This document shows positions 28,860-41,655 of a stretch of 64,000 bases of DNA, in pieces. The stretch lies in assembly GCA_951406725.2 (NCBI GenBank), contig OX597824.1, positions 40,238,001 through 40,302,000 on the forward strand. Reading direction: 5' to 3'. Source of the stretch: Octopus vulgaris. Its lineage: Eukaryota. Within the stretch, counting starts at the first letter, position 1. Every line of letters starts with the position of its first letter. The notes beneath the pieces were generated by a model. The model searched no databases, was not told where the DNA came from, and was given only the letters and a program-made list of their open reading frames with translations. The position numbers were made by a program, and so were the translations under genes.

Positions 28860-29241
28860 CTTTATTCTCTAGAAAAACGCCGCCGCCGTGGTGATCTCAT
28901 TCTCGCCCACAACATCATAAGCGAAAAGTGTAACCTCTCGAAAGAGCTGTTCTTCACTCCTGCTCCAGAGCGTCGGCTGCGGGGTCATTCCGAGAAGCTC
29001 TACCTGCGACGATTTCATCTCAATCGAAGGAGAGGAGCTTTCTCCGTCCGGGTTGCGGATCCGTGGAACAAGCTGCCAGACGAGATGGTGAAGATGCCGA
29101 CGACCGCTTTGTTCAAAGTCTCCCTTGACCTCAAGTGGCCTGAACTCTTTACATGAACACCACCCTGTACTTAACACCATGTCCCCCTACATGGCCTTGC
29201 TATTTGCTTTTGAGCCAAATTAACTAACTAACTAACTAACT
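28860..29241 (+). mobile_element. CR1-clade LINE 3' fragment
   Basis: LYSLEKRRRRGDLI...RGHSEKL...FSVRVADPWNKLP C-terminus with (TAAC)n tail. Confidence 0.85.
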
Positions 29242-29739
29242 ATATTTCAAAACTGTCCCTAAAAGTGTTTTTAGATACACCAATCTGAAGCTTTCGCATC
29301 GTATATACAAAATGTCAGTTACAAACCAAGCATTTTAAAAGAGAAAATGTGCACCACCCAAGGTGAAAGCACCAGATTGGTGTAACGAAAGATATTTGGG
29401 GATCACTATTTGGAAAAAGAAAGATAAGTGAAATATAGACCAGCAATAACCAGTGATAGGTTTTATCACATGAGATTCTTCCCAAATATAACAATATGGT
29501 TTTCAACACACACATACATACACTCACACTACACACACACACTTTCTCTCACATACATACATTCACATACACATTCTCTCTCATTCTCTCACTCTTTCTC
29601 TCTTTCATACACACGCACACACACTTCCTCTCTCTCTTTCTCTTTCTCTTTCTCTCTCTTTCACACACACGCACACACACACTTCCTCTCTCCCTTTCTC
29701 TTTCTCTTTCTCTCTCTTTCACACACACGCACACGCACT

Positions 29740-29792
<53 letters not shown>

Positions 29793-29901
29793 ACACACAC
29801 TCACACGCGTAGTCTCTTTCTGACATACACACTCAGACACGCATACACATACTCTCCCACCCTTGCTTTCTCTTCTCCTTCTCTCTCTCTTCCTCTCTCT
29901 C

Positions 29902-29944
<43 letters not shown>

Positions 29945-30264
29945 AAGATCTTTATTAAAACCAGAGTGGCGAGAATTGTCCGCAAAATGTTAGTATGGGT
30001 TCTACGATTTGGGGGGAATCGTAGAAATGCTCTGTAACAAAATATGTTTCAGAAATACTGGCATAATATAAAAAAATCTCAAACAAATATCGATGAATGA
30101 ATTTATCTGAATACATTATTGGTAAGTATTTTGTCATATTCTATCAGCACTAGAGATATAAAAGGCAAGCTTGACAGATGTCGGTTAGGTAGGATGAAAC
30201 TAAATATTATTTAGCTTCATTTTCTGTTGTTTCTGTCAATTAAAGATAGTAAAATATATTGTTT

Positions 30265-30830
30265 TAAATTTTGGCACATATACAAGTTCTGGGGAAGGGG
30301 TTAGTCGATTGCATCGACCCAGTTTTCAATGGGTACCTTTTTGTTTTCTCGACCCCGAAAAGATGAAGGTAAATTCGATCTTGACGGCATTTGAACTCAA
30401 ATGCTTAGCTAAGCATTTTTCTGACGTGCTAACGATTCTGCCAGCTTGCCACCTTAATACATATCCTTTTCTACTTTAGGCACAGGGCCTGAAATTTGGG
30501 GGGAGGGGGCCAGTCAATTAGATCGACCCAGTACGCAGCTGGTACTTAATTTATCGACCCCGAAAAGGATGAAAGGCAAAGTCGAACTCGGCGGAATTTG
30601 AACTCGGAACATAAAGACAGACGAATTATCGCTAAGCATTTCGCCCGGCGTGCTAACATTTCTTATTTCTTTACTGCCCATAAGGGGCTACACTTAGAGG
30701 GGACAAACAAGGACAGAGAAACGGATTAAGTCGATTATATCGACCCCAGTGTGTAACTGGTACTTATTTAATCGAGCCCGAAAGGATGAAAGGGAAAGTC
30801 CACCTCGGCGGAATTTGAACTCAGAACGTC
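30265..30830 (-). mobile_element. Cluster of SINE family A copies including both tail types
   Basis: Reverse complements of family A head, core and tails. Confidence 0.8.
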
Positions 30831-31938
30831 GCACCGCCAAAACGTCGCTCGGCCAAAAAAACCAAAGCACACGTGTGTTGTTCACAAAACCAACAATCCA
30901 ACTGACAATCGCTATACCGGAAGCAAACTTCTTTCCACACAGCCACGCCTGCACCTATAGCTATAAGTCAAAGGCACGGCCTTATCACACACTGTGTCAC
31001 GTAGATTCTTCCTGCGAATTTCGCTAAAGGTACGCGTGTCCATGAAATTCTCAACTACTTACGCGTTAATTCAGGAAAAGATAATTCAGTTAATCGAATA
31101 ACTGAGTCGTCATCGTTGAACAACGGAGATCCACCATTATTTACGAATTTCGTCCATGGAATTTCGGTGGACATATTAATCTTCCTAATCACATTCATAC
31201 TTTGTTGAAATTTGGAAGGTATTTACCAGTTAGTTTTTCTGGAAGGTAACCCTTGCTGACATTTCTGAGTATTTACGAACATCATCCAGTTACTAAATTA
31301 GTACCTTAACAATATTTTTCTAGGTACATGTGAAGCCCAGCAATAGATGGATCTGATTTAACCTTCTATACAAAAAAGCGACCTTGTGTCGAGACAAAAA
31401 GTGACCTTGTATTTGTTATTAGCCCTACTGTTTTTAGACGCCAAAACGTCTTCTACTATAGCCTCGGGATTTAGTAGACGGAAACTGAAAGAAGCTCGTG
31501 TGCATGTTTGTATGTGTTTGCGTGTCTGTGTTTGTCACCTCAACATCGATGCTGGTGTGTTTACGTCCCCGCAACTTAGCGGTTCGGCAAAAGACATTGA
31601 TAGAATAAGTACTAGGCTTACAAAAAATAAGTCCTGGGGTAGATTTGCTCGACTAAAGGCGGTGCTTCAGCATGGCCGCAGTCAAATGAATGAAACAATT
31701 AAATGAATATATAAGAAATGATTGTTAACTTTCATATAGACGATAGAGCTGTTTTCTTCTGGCCAATATTATCATGGGTGCATATAAACATCTTATCTAT
31801 GACCTATAGTATTTCAGTCTATAAATGAAGCAAACATCGCACAAGCTTTGGATTATGTCTAGTACAAGATAAGTAAATAAAAGTTCGGAGAAAACTAAAA
31901 ACATACGTACAATAATTTATTGAACTTAAGTATTACAA

Positions 31939-32331
31939 GGAGTGGCTGTGTGGTAAGTAGCTTGCTAACCAACCACATGGTTCCGGGTTCAGTCCCACTG
32001 CGTGGCATCTTGGGCAAGTGTCTTCTGCTATAGCCTCGGGCCGACCAATGCCTTGTGAGTGGATTTGGTAGACGGAAACTGAAAGAAGCCTGTCGTATAT
32101 ATGTATATATATATGTGTATGTGTGTGTGTGTGTTTGTCCCCCTAGTATTGCTTGACAACCGATGCTGGTGTGTTTACGTCCCCGTCACTTAGCGGTTCG
32201 GCAAAAGAGACCGATAGAATAAGTACTGGGCTTACAAAGAATAAGTCCCGGGGTCGATTTGCTCGACTAAAGGCGGTGCTCCAGCATGGCCGCAGTCAAA
32301 TGACTGAAACAAGTAAAAGAGTAAAAGAGAG
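31939..32331 (+). mobile_element. tRNA-derived SINE family B (full length)
   Basis: Head GGAGTGGCTGTGTGGTAAG...GGTTCAGTCCC, CORE-like TTGGGCAAGTGTCTT, tail GGCGGTGCTCCAGCATGGCCGCAG. Partial or degenerate copies near 31445, 39090, 39630, 40550, 50845, 52690, 56600-57080 and 60200. Confidence 0.85.
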
Positions 32332-32389
32332 TAACAAACAAAAATACAAATATCTTTTCTTAGACGAATATAGTGTGACGTTGACAACA

Positions 32390-34800
32390 TCAATTCAAAG
32401 TTATTAATCGTTCTGCAAATTTTATTTTGTTGATCCCATGGTTAAAAACCTCCTTATAGACAATTTTTCGGGTTTTACCAGTAGCGGAAAAAATGAAAAG
32501 ATTGTTCTTGCTCCCCACTCTGGATGTTCCAACATATAACTGACTGTGTGAGAAACAGTTCACTTCTAATTGCAAACCAGCAACTTTCAAAGTCTGACCT
32601 TGGGGCTTATTAATGGGCATTGCAAAAGACAGACGTATTGGAAATTGAAGTCATTTGAATATGAAGGGCACATTTGAAGGTATTAAAGGTAAGCGAGGAA
32701 TAAAAACATCTTTCCACACCCAGAAATTATTGTGGCTTATATGACATTTCTCATTAATTTCTTGATAAGTCTTGTGTGCCATTGCAGAGCTTTGGTTGAG
32801 AAAGGTTGCGCAGAAGCATGATTGGAGCGCCTATTTTCAATAGAAGGCAACGAGGAGGAGCTCTTGGTGGCTGCAGTGAGTTTAAGAACTCAACCGGGTA
32901 ATTGACTATTTCCGGTTCTGTAGATTTGGAAGTGTGTTCGTTCTCTGGTTAAAGTTTCTCGAGTCTTTCACTTAAATTATTCACAGTAACGTTCTTTGGC
33001 GCCATGATTGCTCTTTCGCACAACCAAGCAGCATTTGTGTAATTTGAAATTATATTTGGAAAAACTTTTTCAATAAGTTCCTCAACCGAACTGACCAAGG
33101 TGCAGGGTTTTGACGGATTCAAATCACCTTCATGACTGATATCTAGCTTTTCTTCTCCAAGTTGCCAAATAGTATAGGCAATTTTTTCCGACAGATGATC
33201 CTCGTACAAATGTGCCCTCATATTTGTAAAAAGCTTTAACACTTTCATATGTTTCCATAAAGTGAAAGATTCCAAGCATGCTTTCAATTCATCCACCTTT
33301 GTTCCCCTGAGAAGCACTGGCAAAGTTTGTCTGAAATCACCTGAAAGTACTATTGTCACACCTCACATCAAACAATTGGAATTGCGCAAATCCTGCAGCA
33401 TTCTGTTAACAGCTTCTACTAATTTTTTATGGGACATTGTAGCTTCGTCCCATATGATCAAAGAACATTTCATGAGAACTTGAGCTAAAGAACTTTTACT
33501 AATATTACAGACAGGTTCATCATTTGAAGTTAGATTGAATGGCAGCTTGAATGTTACGTGAGCTGTTCGACCTCCTGGGAGTAAAATCGCAGCAATTCCA
33601 GAGCTCGCAACAGCTAAGGCTATTTCCTTTTTTCTGCTGGACTTTGGCTAACACTAAATTTGTTACAAAAGTTTTTCCAGTTCCTCTTGGTGCGTCTAAA
33701 AAATTTAATCCTCCTCTCTTATGTGTCACTTGGTCAATGTTTGTTATATATGCAAATTGTTGGTCTGGCAAGAGTTTCGGGACATTTTCTTCAAGGAATC
33801 TTGTTAAGGAATCAATATCATATGAAATTTAAGGCAGCGAGTTAGCAGAAACGTCAGCACGCCGGGCGAAATGCTTAGCGGTATTTCGTCAGCCGTTACG
33901 TTCTGAGTTCAAATTCCGCCGAGGTTGACTTTCCCTTTCATCCTTTCGGGGTCGATTAAATAAGTACCAGTTACGCACTGGGGTCGATGTAATCGACTTA
34001 ATCCGTTTGTCTGTCCTTGTTTGTCCTCTCTGAGTTTATCCCCTTGTGGGTAGTAAAGAAATAGAAATAAGTATTCCGTCTGTCTTTACGTTCTGAGTTC
34101 AAATTCCGCCGAGATTGACTTTGCTTTTCATCTTTTCGGGGTCCATAAATTAAGTACCAGTTGCGTACTGGGGTCGATCTAATCGACTGGCTCCTTCCCC
34201 AAAAATTTCGGGCCCTGTGCCTAGAGTAGAAAAGACTATCATATGAAGTTTCTCGGAAGACTTCTGTGATCAAATTATTCACCTCATTTCGATGAGTTTC
34301 AGGTAATCCAAACTTGCTGAGCTCCCCCACTCCCATTGAGACAGCGCAATCTTCGATATCAACCAATGCAGAATTATATGTCATCGTCGAATGCTATATT
34401 CCTCTCGGGGAATCTTAATTGTGCTTGATATTTGTTGTCTTCTGATAAATCACTCTTATATTTGTGCCACAACGCTAATAGATTATTTACTTCACAATTC
34501 AGAAGAATAGTAAAAAGATCTCTCAAAGAAATAGGTGTGTGCGTGACACTGAAGCCTCAACCATTGTTCTATCCCACTGATTGTCATCTTCTAACAGATT
34601 TAAGGCTAAACAGGATTCTCTATAAGTACGAACAGTTTGACCATCAATCGTTCTTTGGAAGGAGAAGGAAGTCGGTCCTCTTATTTCAGGAAGAAGCAGA
34701 CTCAAAAAAGAAACATTCATAGTGACTCGGATGCACAGAGTAAACTCTTCCGATTGTCGAGTCAAATAATTTTATACTTGGATGACCCTCAACGTCAGCT
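32390..34800 (-). mobile_element. Helitron Rep/Helicase pseudogene (PIF1-like helicase)
   Basis: Fragments GPTSF..RTIDGQ..TYRESCLALNLLEDD, LDAPRGTGKTF (Walker A), [10 protein letters not shown] and INKPQGQTLKVAGL..CFSHSQLYVGTSRV. Many frameshifts. Confidence 0.9.
33832..34236 (+). mobile_element. Dimeric SINE family A inserted in the Helitron
   Basis: TSD TATCATATGAA(A/G)TTT at 33816-33830 and 34237-34251. Confidence 0.85.
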
Positions 34801-35257
34801 TCTCTTTTTCTTATGGCAATGTAAAGTAATAGAGGTTATTACAGTTATACACACACACACACACAACGACATATATGTTATGCGTCGTTATATTATAAAT
34901 ACGGCATACCTACAGAAGAGTGCCCCACCGAATTTGTTTCTTCCTATGTTTAGGGAAAAATGGGTATTCTCAAATGAAAAGTTGTACAAATGTGCTGAAG
35001 TGAGATAAGAAAATGACAGCTGACCTCATAAATGTTGATGTAGAGTACGTGAAACAAAGAAAAAATGTTGGAGGGAAATTTAAGTTACGGTTTCTATTCT
35101 GAATGCCTGCAGGGAATAAAGCGAAAGTGATCTTCTACGGTTTCTATTGTGAAGGTAGATAGTGAAAAAAAGAAACTGATCTTCTACAGATATAGAACGA
35201 ATGCAAAATAATACTTATAGCAATATGAAGTAATGGAGTTTATTACAGTTATACACC

Positions 35258-35301
<44 letters not shown>

Positions 35302-35419
35302 ATTTTTTGTGTCGTTATATTACACATATGGCATACTTACAGAAGAGTGCCTCACCGTATTTTGAAATAAAATGAAGAAATATATTAATCCTATAAAAAT
35401 TATGTCCCTTACGCAGGTT

Positions 35420-37014
35420 ATTTATTTTCAATTTGATTTTATTTGGTTTCCCAGCAATCCTCCTGAAATCGTGCAAACGTTCCCTGGTGAAACCACTACA
35501 GATTCTCTTCCAGAGTCTTCTTGCATATGGCAAGTTGCCACTCAAACTGAAGGAGAAAATAATATGCCCAATCCATAAAGGAGGAAGCAGAGCAGATGCC
35601 AAAAATTATAGGCCTATCTCTCTGACTTCACACATCAGCAAAGTCATGCAACGAATAATCAGAAGGAAACTAATAGCATCCCTTGAAGAAAACGCCTTGC
35701 TGAGTGATACCCAACATGGTTTTCGACCACGTAGGAACTACCTGACACAGCTTCTACAGCACTATGACTGGGTGTTGAAGCAGTTACACGACAACTCAAA
35801 TGTGGATGTAATATACTTCGATTTTACAAAAGCTTTTGATAAAGTGGATCATGGTATGATATGCCACAAACAGAGCGATCTTGGCATGGCTGGAAAACTT
35901 GGAGAGTGGTTACATGACTTTCTGAAAGATAGAAGTTGGGCAGTGGTGGCCAATGGAGCCACCTCAAATGAAACACAAATAGTGAGTGGTGTTCCACAGG
36001 GCGCTGTCTTGGAACCCCTGCTTTTCTCAGATATGCCCTCAGATGCCTGGATAGCCACCCTTGCTAGCTACGCAGACGATACGAAAATCTCGCAGGAAAT
36101 ACAAAACCTAAGCGAAGTTGCACACCTGCAGCAGTTAGACGCAATTTACAGATGGCTGAGGACAATAATATGCAGTTTAATGCTGGAAGATTCCAAACTC
36201 TGCGCTACCAGCACCCAAAACTAAATATAAAACTTAAAGGGTACACTGGCTCAAGGGAGATTAGAATCCTAGAATCTAAATCAGTGCGTGGCCTGGGTAT
36301 CGGCATGTGCGATGATAACCTCTTTCCAAGTACACGTTACCAAGATGGCGACAAAGTGCAAACGGCTGGTTGGATTCTGAGAACCTTCAAAAGCAAAGAG
36401 AAGGAAACCATGATAGTTCTTTGGAGGACATTTGTCCTCAAACGCCTGGACTACTGCTCCTAACTATGGTCACCCTACAGTGTAAAATTAACAGCGGACT
36501 TTGAAGCAATCCAGCGAAGCTTCACGAAGAAGATCGTCTCAGTGCAACAGCACAGCTACTGGGAAATGCTGAAACAACTAAGACTCTACTCCTTGGAACA
36601 AAGGCGGGAGAGATATGCAGTAATATACATCTGAAAGCTACACAAATGACAAAACGGGTCGTCACTGCACAGTACCAAAAATCCCAACAATGCCGTTGCA
36701 CTTCAGGACCAGTTACTGCAACAGCCTGGGTTTCAAGGGCCCACAGCTTTTTAATATTCTCTCAAAGAGCCTGAGGGAACTACACAAAGTGGATGTAGGT
36801 GTTTTCAAAGCAAAACTGGATCTCTTCCTGTCGAGAGTCCCAGATAAACGTTCCTCGCCACAGGAAATGCAAATGAGGGCAGCGACATCAAACTCCTTTA
36901 TTCACCAAATGCCACATATCAGAGAAGGCTCTCAATAATAACAGTGCAGCAAAACGGCGGTACCCCAGCATGGCTGCACGGCCGCAGCTGTGAACTGAAA
37001 CTGATAAAAAAAAA
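35420..37014 (+). mobile_element. CR1-group LINE, 5'-truncated, frameshifted RT
   Basis: NYRPISLTS, QHGFRP, DFTKAFDKVDH, SGVPQG, YADDTKI, RLDYCS and GPQLFNIL motifs. A-rich 3' end. Confidence 0.9.
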
Positions 37015-37366
37015 TGTGGTACGTTAATCCGATAAAAATTATTCCCTTTTTGAAATGCGATTTTGTTCTTGTTGGAAAAAAGTCAGTAGCTCTCTTCGGA
37101 GGGTCGCTAGAGACTCGGGACGACTTCCATTGTCTTCGTCGTGAAATTTTACACAAGAGTTAGCTTTTAGTTTTTACATCCACGCGGTAGTTTTTCTTCC
37201 TATAGCCTCATACAAACGCGTGCTCACACACCCACATTTAACATTATAGACAGACTTCGTAAAATGTAGTGATTTTGATCACCAGCAGAATTTACTTAAA
37301 ATTACCAAATTTACCACAACTAAAACATTTCTTCCTACGTGCAGAACAAGATCCTGAAGGTTATTG

Positions 37367-37808
37367 GGATCTTTCCGGTTTGAACGGCAGTTTTTTCTAG
37401 TGGTGTCATATGAAATTGTCACCCATAATTATGACCCTAGTATCGATCTATTGCATTTCAATCTGTTTTAGAGTTAGGGTTAGTTAAGGTTAGGGTTAGT
37501 TAGGGTTAGGGTGGGGGGAAGGGTATCTTTTTTTCTTCACAAATGTAAATAAACCCAATCTGTTTCTTAAACGAAGGACATATTCATACGGCACCGAATG
37601 TTTTCACCTCAATAGACGGTCATTGATTGGTTGAAATTGCCGAAATGCAAGAAATTAAAGACCAAATATCTTACAAACTATAGAATTTTCTCAATAAAGC
37701 CAAGAGAAAAAGATGTTTTATAAACACATTCTACCAGTATACGAAGTTTAAAATTTTTTAGTTACCTAGAAATTACGTTAAAAACTGCCGTTCAAACCGA
37801 AAAAATCC
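37367..37808. mobile_element. Non-autonomous TIR transposon with internal TTAGGG-like repeats
   Basis: 29-bp TIRs GGATCTTTCCGGTTTGAACGGCAGTTTTT / AAAAACTGCCGTTCAAACCGAAAAAATCC. 8-bp TSD GGTTATTG at 37359-37366 and 37809-37816. Confidence 0.9.
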
Positions 37809-39280
37809 GGTTATTGTTATCCACATTTACTGCAATTACTTTACTTTGATTTCGTTTAATTTTTGTTTACCAAACCTACTTGCTAATGGTATAAACTACT
37901 TCTGTATTAGAACTTGTCTATAAGTATTGACCCTAAAGCACAATACTCACTTTGATTTTATCATTGATGATGAAGGTTGTCTCGCGTAGTCTTAAAAAGA
38001 CGGTCCTGCAATTTGTTTCTGAACAACCTGCACAAATAGTTTGTTTTTAGTGATCAAATGTTTGTGTTGTACATTAATTCTTTCCATGAGATCGACGTTG
38101 CCTGAACAGAAATGCACCAATACAACACAGCCAGCCAAGTCTATGATGGATGCTTTAGGCACATTTCTTACACAATCGAATATGTTTAATCTGTCTGGAC
38201 ACAGCTGGTGTCGTCAGCGAAACTGTTTCAGGAGCCTGTGATTGCAGAGAATATACTTTACCCTTTGAACGTCGAAAGTGAATATATCCGCTCAAAAATG
38301 TTATTGCTATTGACTGAATGAAAGCAGTTTCACTTCACACCTTTCAAAAACAGTCCTCTTTATTCGCCGAAAGGCGGATACACCCTCAGTAATCAAAGAT
38401 ATTTTTTCGGCTTTTTACTTCTTTCACCAAATATCTATTTTGAGCAAGAATCAAATACTTTTAGTGACGGATAAGAAAATTGCACCAACAGGAGATACTT
38501 AAGAAGTATTGCAGAAGCAGAAAATATGAATTCTTGTTGTTGTTTTTTTTTTTTGTTTTTTTTGTTTGGCGGGGGGATAAGGAAAAGTGACCGTGAAATT
38601 TAATTAGCAATCAAAGAGTTAAAGAAAGATAAGCGTTGAGCAAAGCTATTTATCCTTGTTTTATACTTTATGTTCAAATGTTTAGTAGGTTTTTCTTTAG
38701 GTAAAGTCACTTACCATAGTCATTTTCTTTTTCTTTTGACACCTTCCATCAAATATCTCTTTAGAGCGAGAATCAAATACTTATAGTGAAGGATATGAAA
38801 ACTGTACTAACGAGAGATCAAGAGATCAAGAGATCCTGAAAAAGCAAAAAATTGTCAATTCTTTTTTCTTTCTGCTGCGTAATGAACATCATTACAGAAA
38901 TGACTATAAAATTTAATTAGGCGATCAAAGGTCCAAACAAACTAGGATAAACGTTGAGCATAAGCAGAAAATTGTTAGCTATTTCTCCTTGTTTTATGCT
39001 TAAGGTTCAAAAGTCTGGTCAGTTTTTCTTTATTTTATTTTCTCGACTGCACATTTTAAATCATCAAAGGAATCTTTGAATTCCCATTTATCTTTTGCTT
39101 GTTTCTGTCATTGGACTGTGGCCATGCTGGAACACCGTCTAGAAAGGTTTTAGTCAAACAACACGAACCTAAAACTTTTTTTTTTTTTTGTTAAGTCTAG
39201 TACTTATTCTACCGCCTCTTCTACCGAACCGCTAAGTTACGGGAATGTAGACAAGTCGACGCCAATTGTCACACGGTTTG

Positions 39281-39322
<42 letters not shown>

Positions 39323-39323
39323 A

Positions 39324-39386
<63 letters not shown>

Positions 39387-39555
39387 ACGTCGTAAGAACA
39401 TTTTATAACCATGAAATAATTTACTTTTTCTTTTAATAATGGTTCTTGAGGTACTTTACATACAGCTACAAAGAATAGCTGTAAAGAATTTTTAGAAGCT
39501 AATTATCGCTGTATGTGATGTGCTTCGAGAATTATTATTCTATATCATTATCATA

Positions 39556-39630
<75 letters not shown>

Positions 39631-40335
39631 CGGGCTTATTCCAATTCTCGCATTCCAAATTCATTCGCAGAGTATTGACCAACGCGGAGCTGTAAGTAGA
39701 AGAGACTGAAACTAAGGGGCCACGCACTGGGACTGAACCCGAATCAACGCGTTTGCCAAAGTAAGCTTCTTAACTACTACACTGTCATTCCTGCACCTAT
39801 TTTGAAGAATATAGTGGTGGAGGAACTTTTAATTTGATGCCTTGTACTGATGTCACGAAATTGTGTTACACAGGCTCAACGACAGACATTTACGAACATC
39901 TGCAGTGATGCTGTTATATTTGTAATTGTTTCATAACTGATGTAAACACCGCATCTATATAATATCTTCCTGGACAGAAAGAGAGAGATCAGCCAGATTA
40001 GTAACATTTCTACTCTGAATTTCATCGGTGATTGAGTGTCTTCTTTAATTAACTCTAGGAGAGAACTTAATGTGTCTGTGGGTACTGGGGACTTTATTGT
40101 GTGTGCTGAACACTTCATTTTTTAACCAATCAAATCCATAATGATGACAACCAATCAAATCTCTAATGATGATTAATTATATTTTGATATGTTTGTTAAT
40201 ATTTTGTCATACCTTGCTTGACAGAATAGGTATGGCGAGAAACTAAATCATCGGTTACGTACGAATGTACGCACGTGCGTATGTGTGCACGTGCGTGCGT
40301 GCGTGAGTGAGTGTGTATGTGTGTTTGTGTTTGTG

Positions 40336-40416
<81 letters not shown>

Positions 40417-40988
40417 TGCGTGCGTGTGTGTGTTTGCGTGTTCGTGTGCATGTGTGCGTGCCAGGTGTGTGGTGGAAAAATCAGTGCCTCGAACAAAATC
40501 CCTCGTGATATATAATCTTTCATATCTACGACTACTTGCATTCTTCTTCAACCAAATCGATAAAACTTGCAACAGATTAAGAACTAGGATCGATGTTATC
40601 AACTAAAACCTTTGAAAGCACTGCTACTCCAGCATGGCCGCAGTCAAGTGACTAAAAACAATAAAAGAAAATAAAAAACAAATACCTAGTTGTAAAAAAA
40701 TATACAAATATAAATGAAAACGAATATTAATTTAACACCAACCATAAGATATCTGTATTTTATTACAGATTAATTGCAAGTTAGTCACAGCTATGTTTAA
40801 TTAATTGGATTATACAATTAAGTAAGACGACTTGGCATCATAACATCCACTTTTATGTTTTCTTTTCTTGTTGTTGTTTGTTCTTGTTCTTGTTCTTGTG
40901 TATCCCTTGCTTAACTCTGACTTAGCAAACTTAACATCAAAGACGGTGCATCTGTAACCATATAGTCCTTTTATTATTGTTGTTGTTG

Positions 40989-41050
<62 letters not shown>

Positions 41051-41052
<2 letters not shown>

Positions 41053-41561
41053 GTGAGAGAGCAGTGCATGCCATCAAAGTGACACTGGGGTAAATATATA
41101 TAAAGCCCAGAATACCCATCATGACTACCCATCTGATAAGAGTACACTAGGCACATGCATCACAACTATGTGTGCGCGACATGGTGATAAACAGCACATG
41201 ACCTTGCAGGTGGGGCCCAGTTAGAATTTTCTTCTGGTCGAGTAGACCATCCCGCTCAAATGGTCCCTGAATAAGGGTTGTTTAAGGGTGTTGAACGAAC
41301 CACCCATGTTTCCAGAGGAGAATTATCCAAACTTCCAAGAATTCCTTTCAATATACGGCTATGATGCTCCCCCACTACTTCTGCTCGTGGTCAGAGATGC
41401 ACATACCGTCAACCACAAAGAGACATGCTCAACTGGTTATGGTCAAACAACTGACAAGCAAATCTGTGGTATTGAGCAGAATATTTGCTGTACATGATAA
41501 CACTTCCAATCAGTTAAGATCAGAAGCCATGAGAGCCTCTGTCTGGTACTGCATCAGGGCA
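41051..41561 (-). mobile_element. ~510-bp copy of the (TAA)n-associated non-coding element
   Basis: Reverse complement of 15531-16085 with small deletions. (TTA)n on both sides. Confidence 0.8.
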
Positions 41562-41590
41562 GTAATAATAATAATAATTATTATTATTAC

Positions 41591-41651
<61 letters not shown>

Positions 41652-41655
<4 letters not shown>

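Noticed and set aside
32390-33771. Host PIF1 helicase gene
   Set aside because: Intronless, frameshifted, SINE-interrupted and preceded by Helitron-specific motifs
37470-37523. Telomere or chromosome-fusion scar
   Set aside because: Short, degenerate and internal to a TIR element with a TSD
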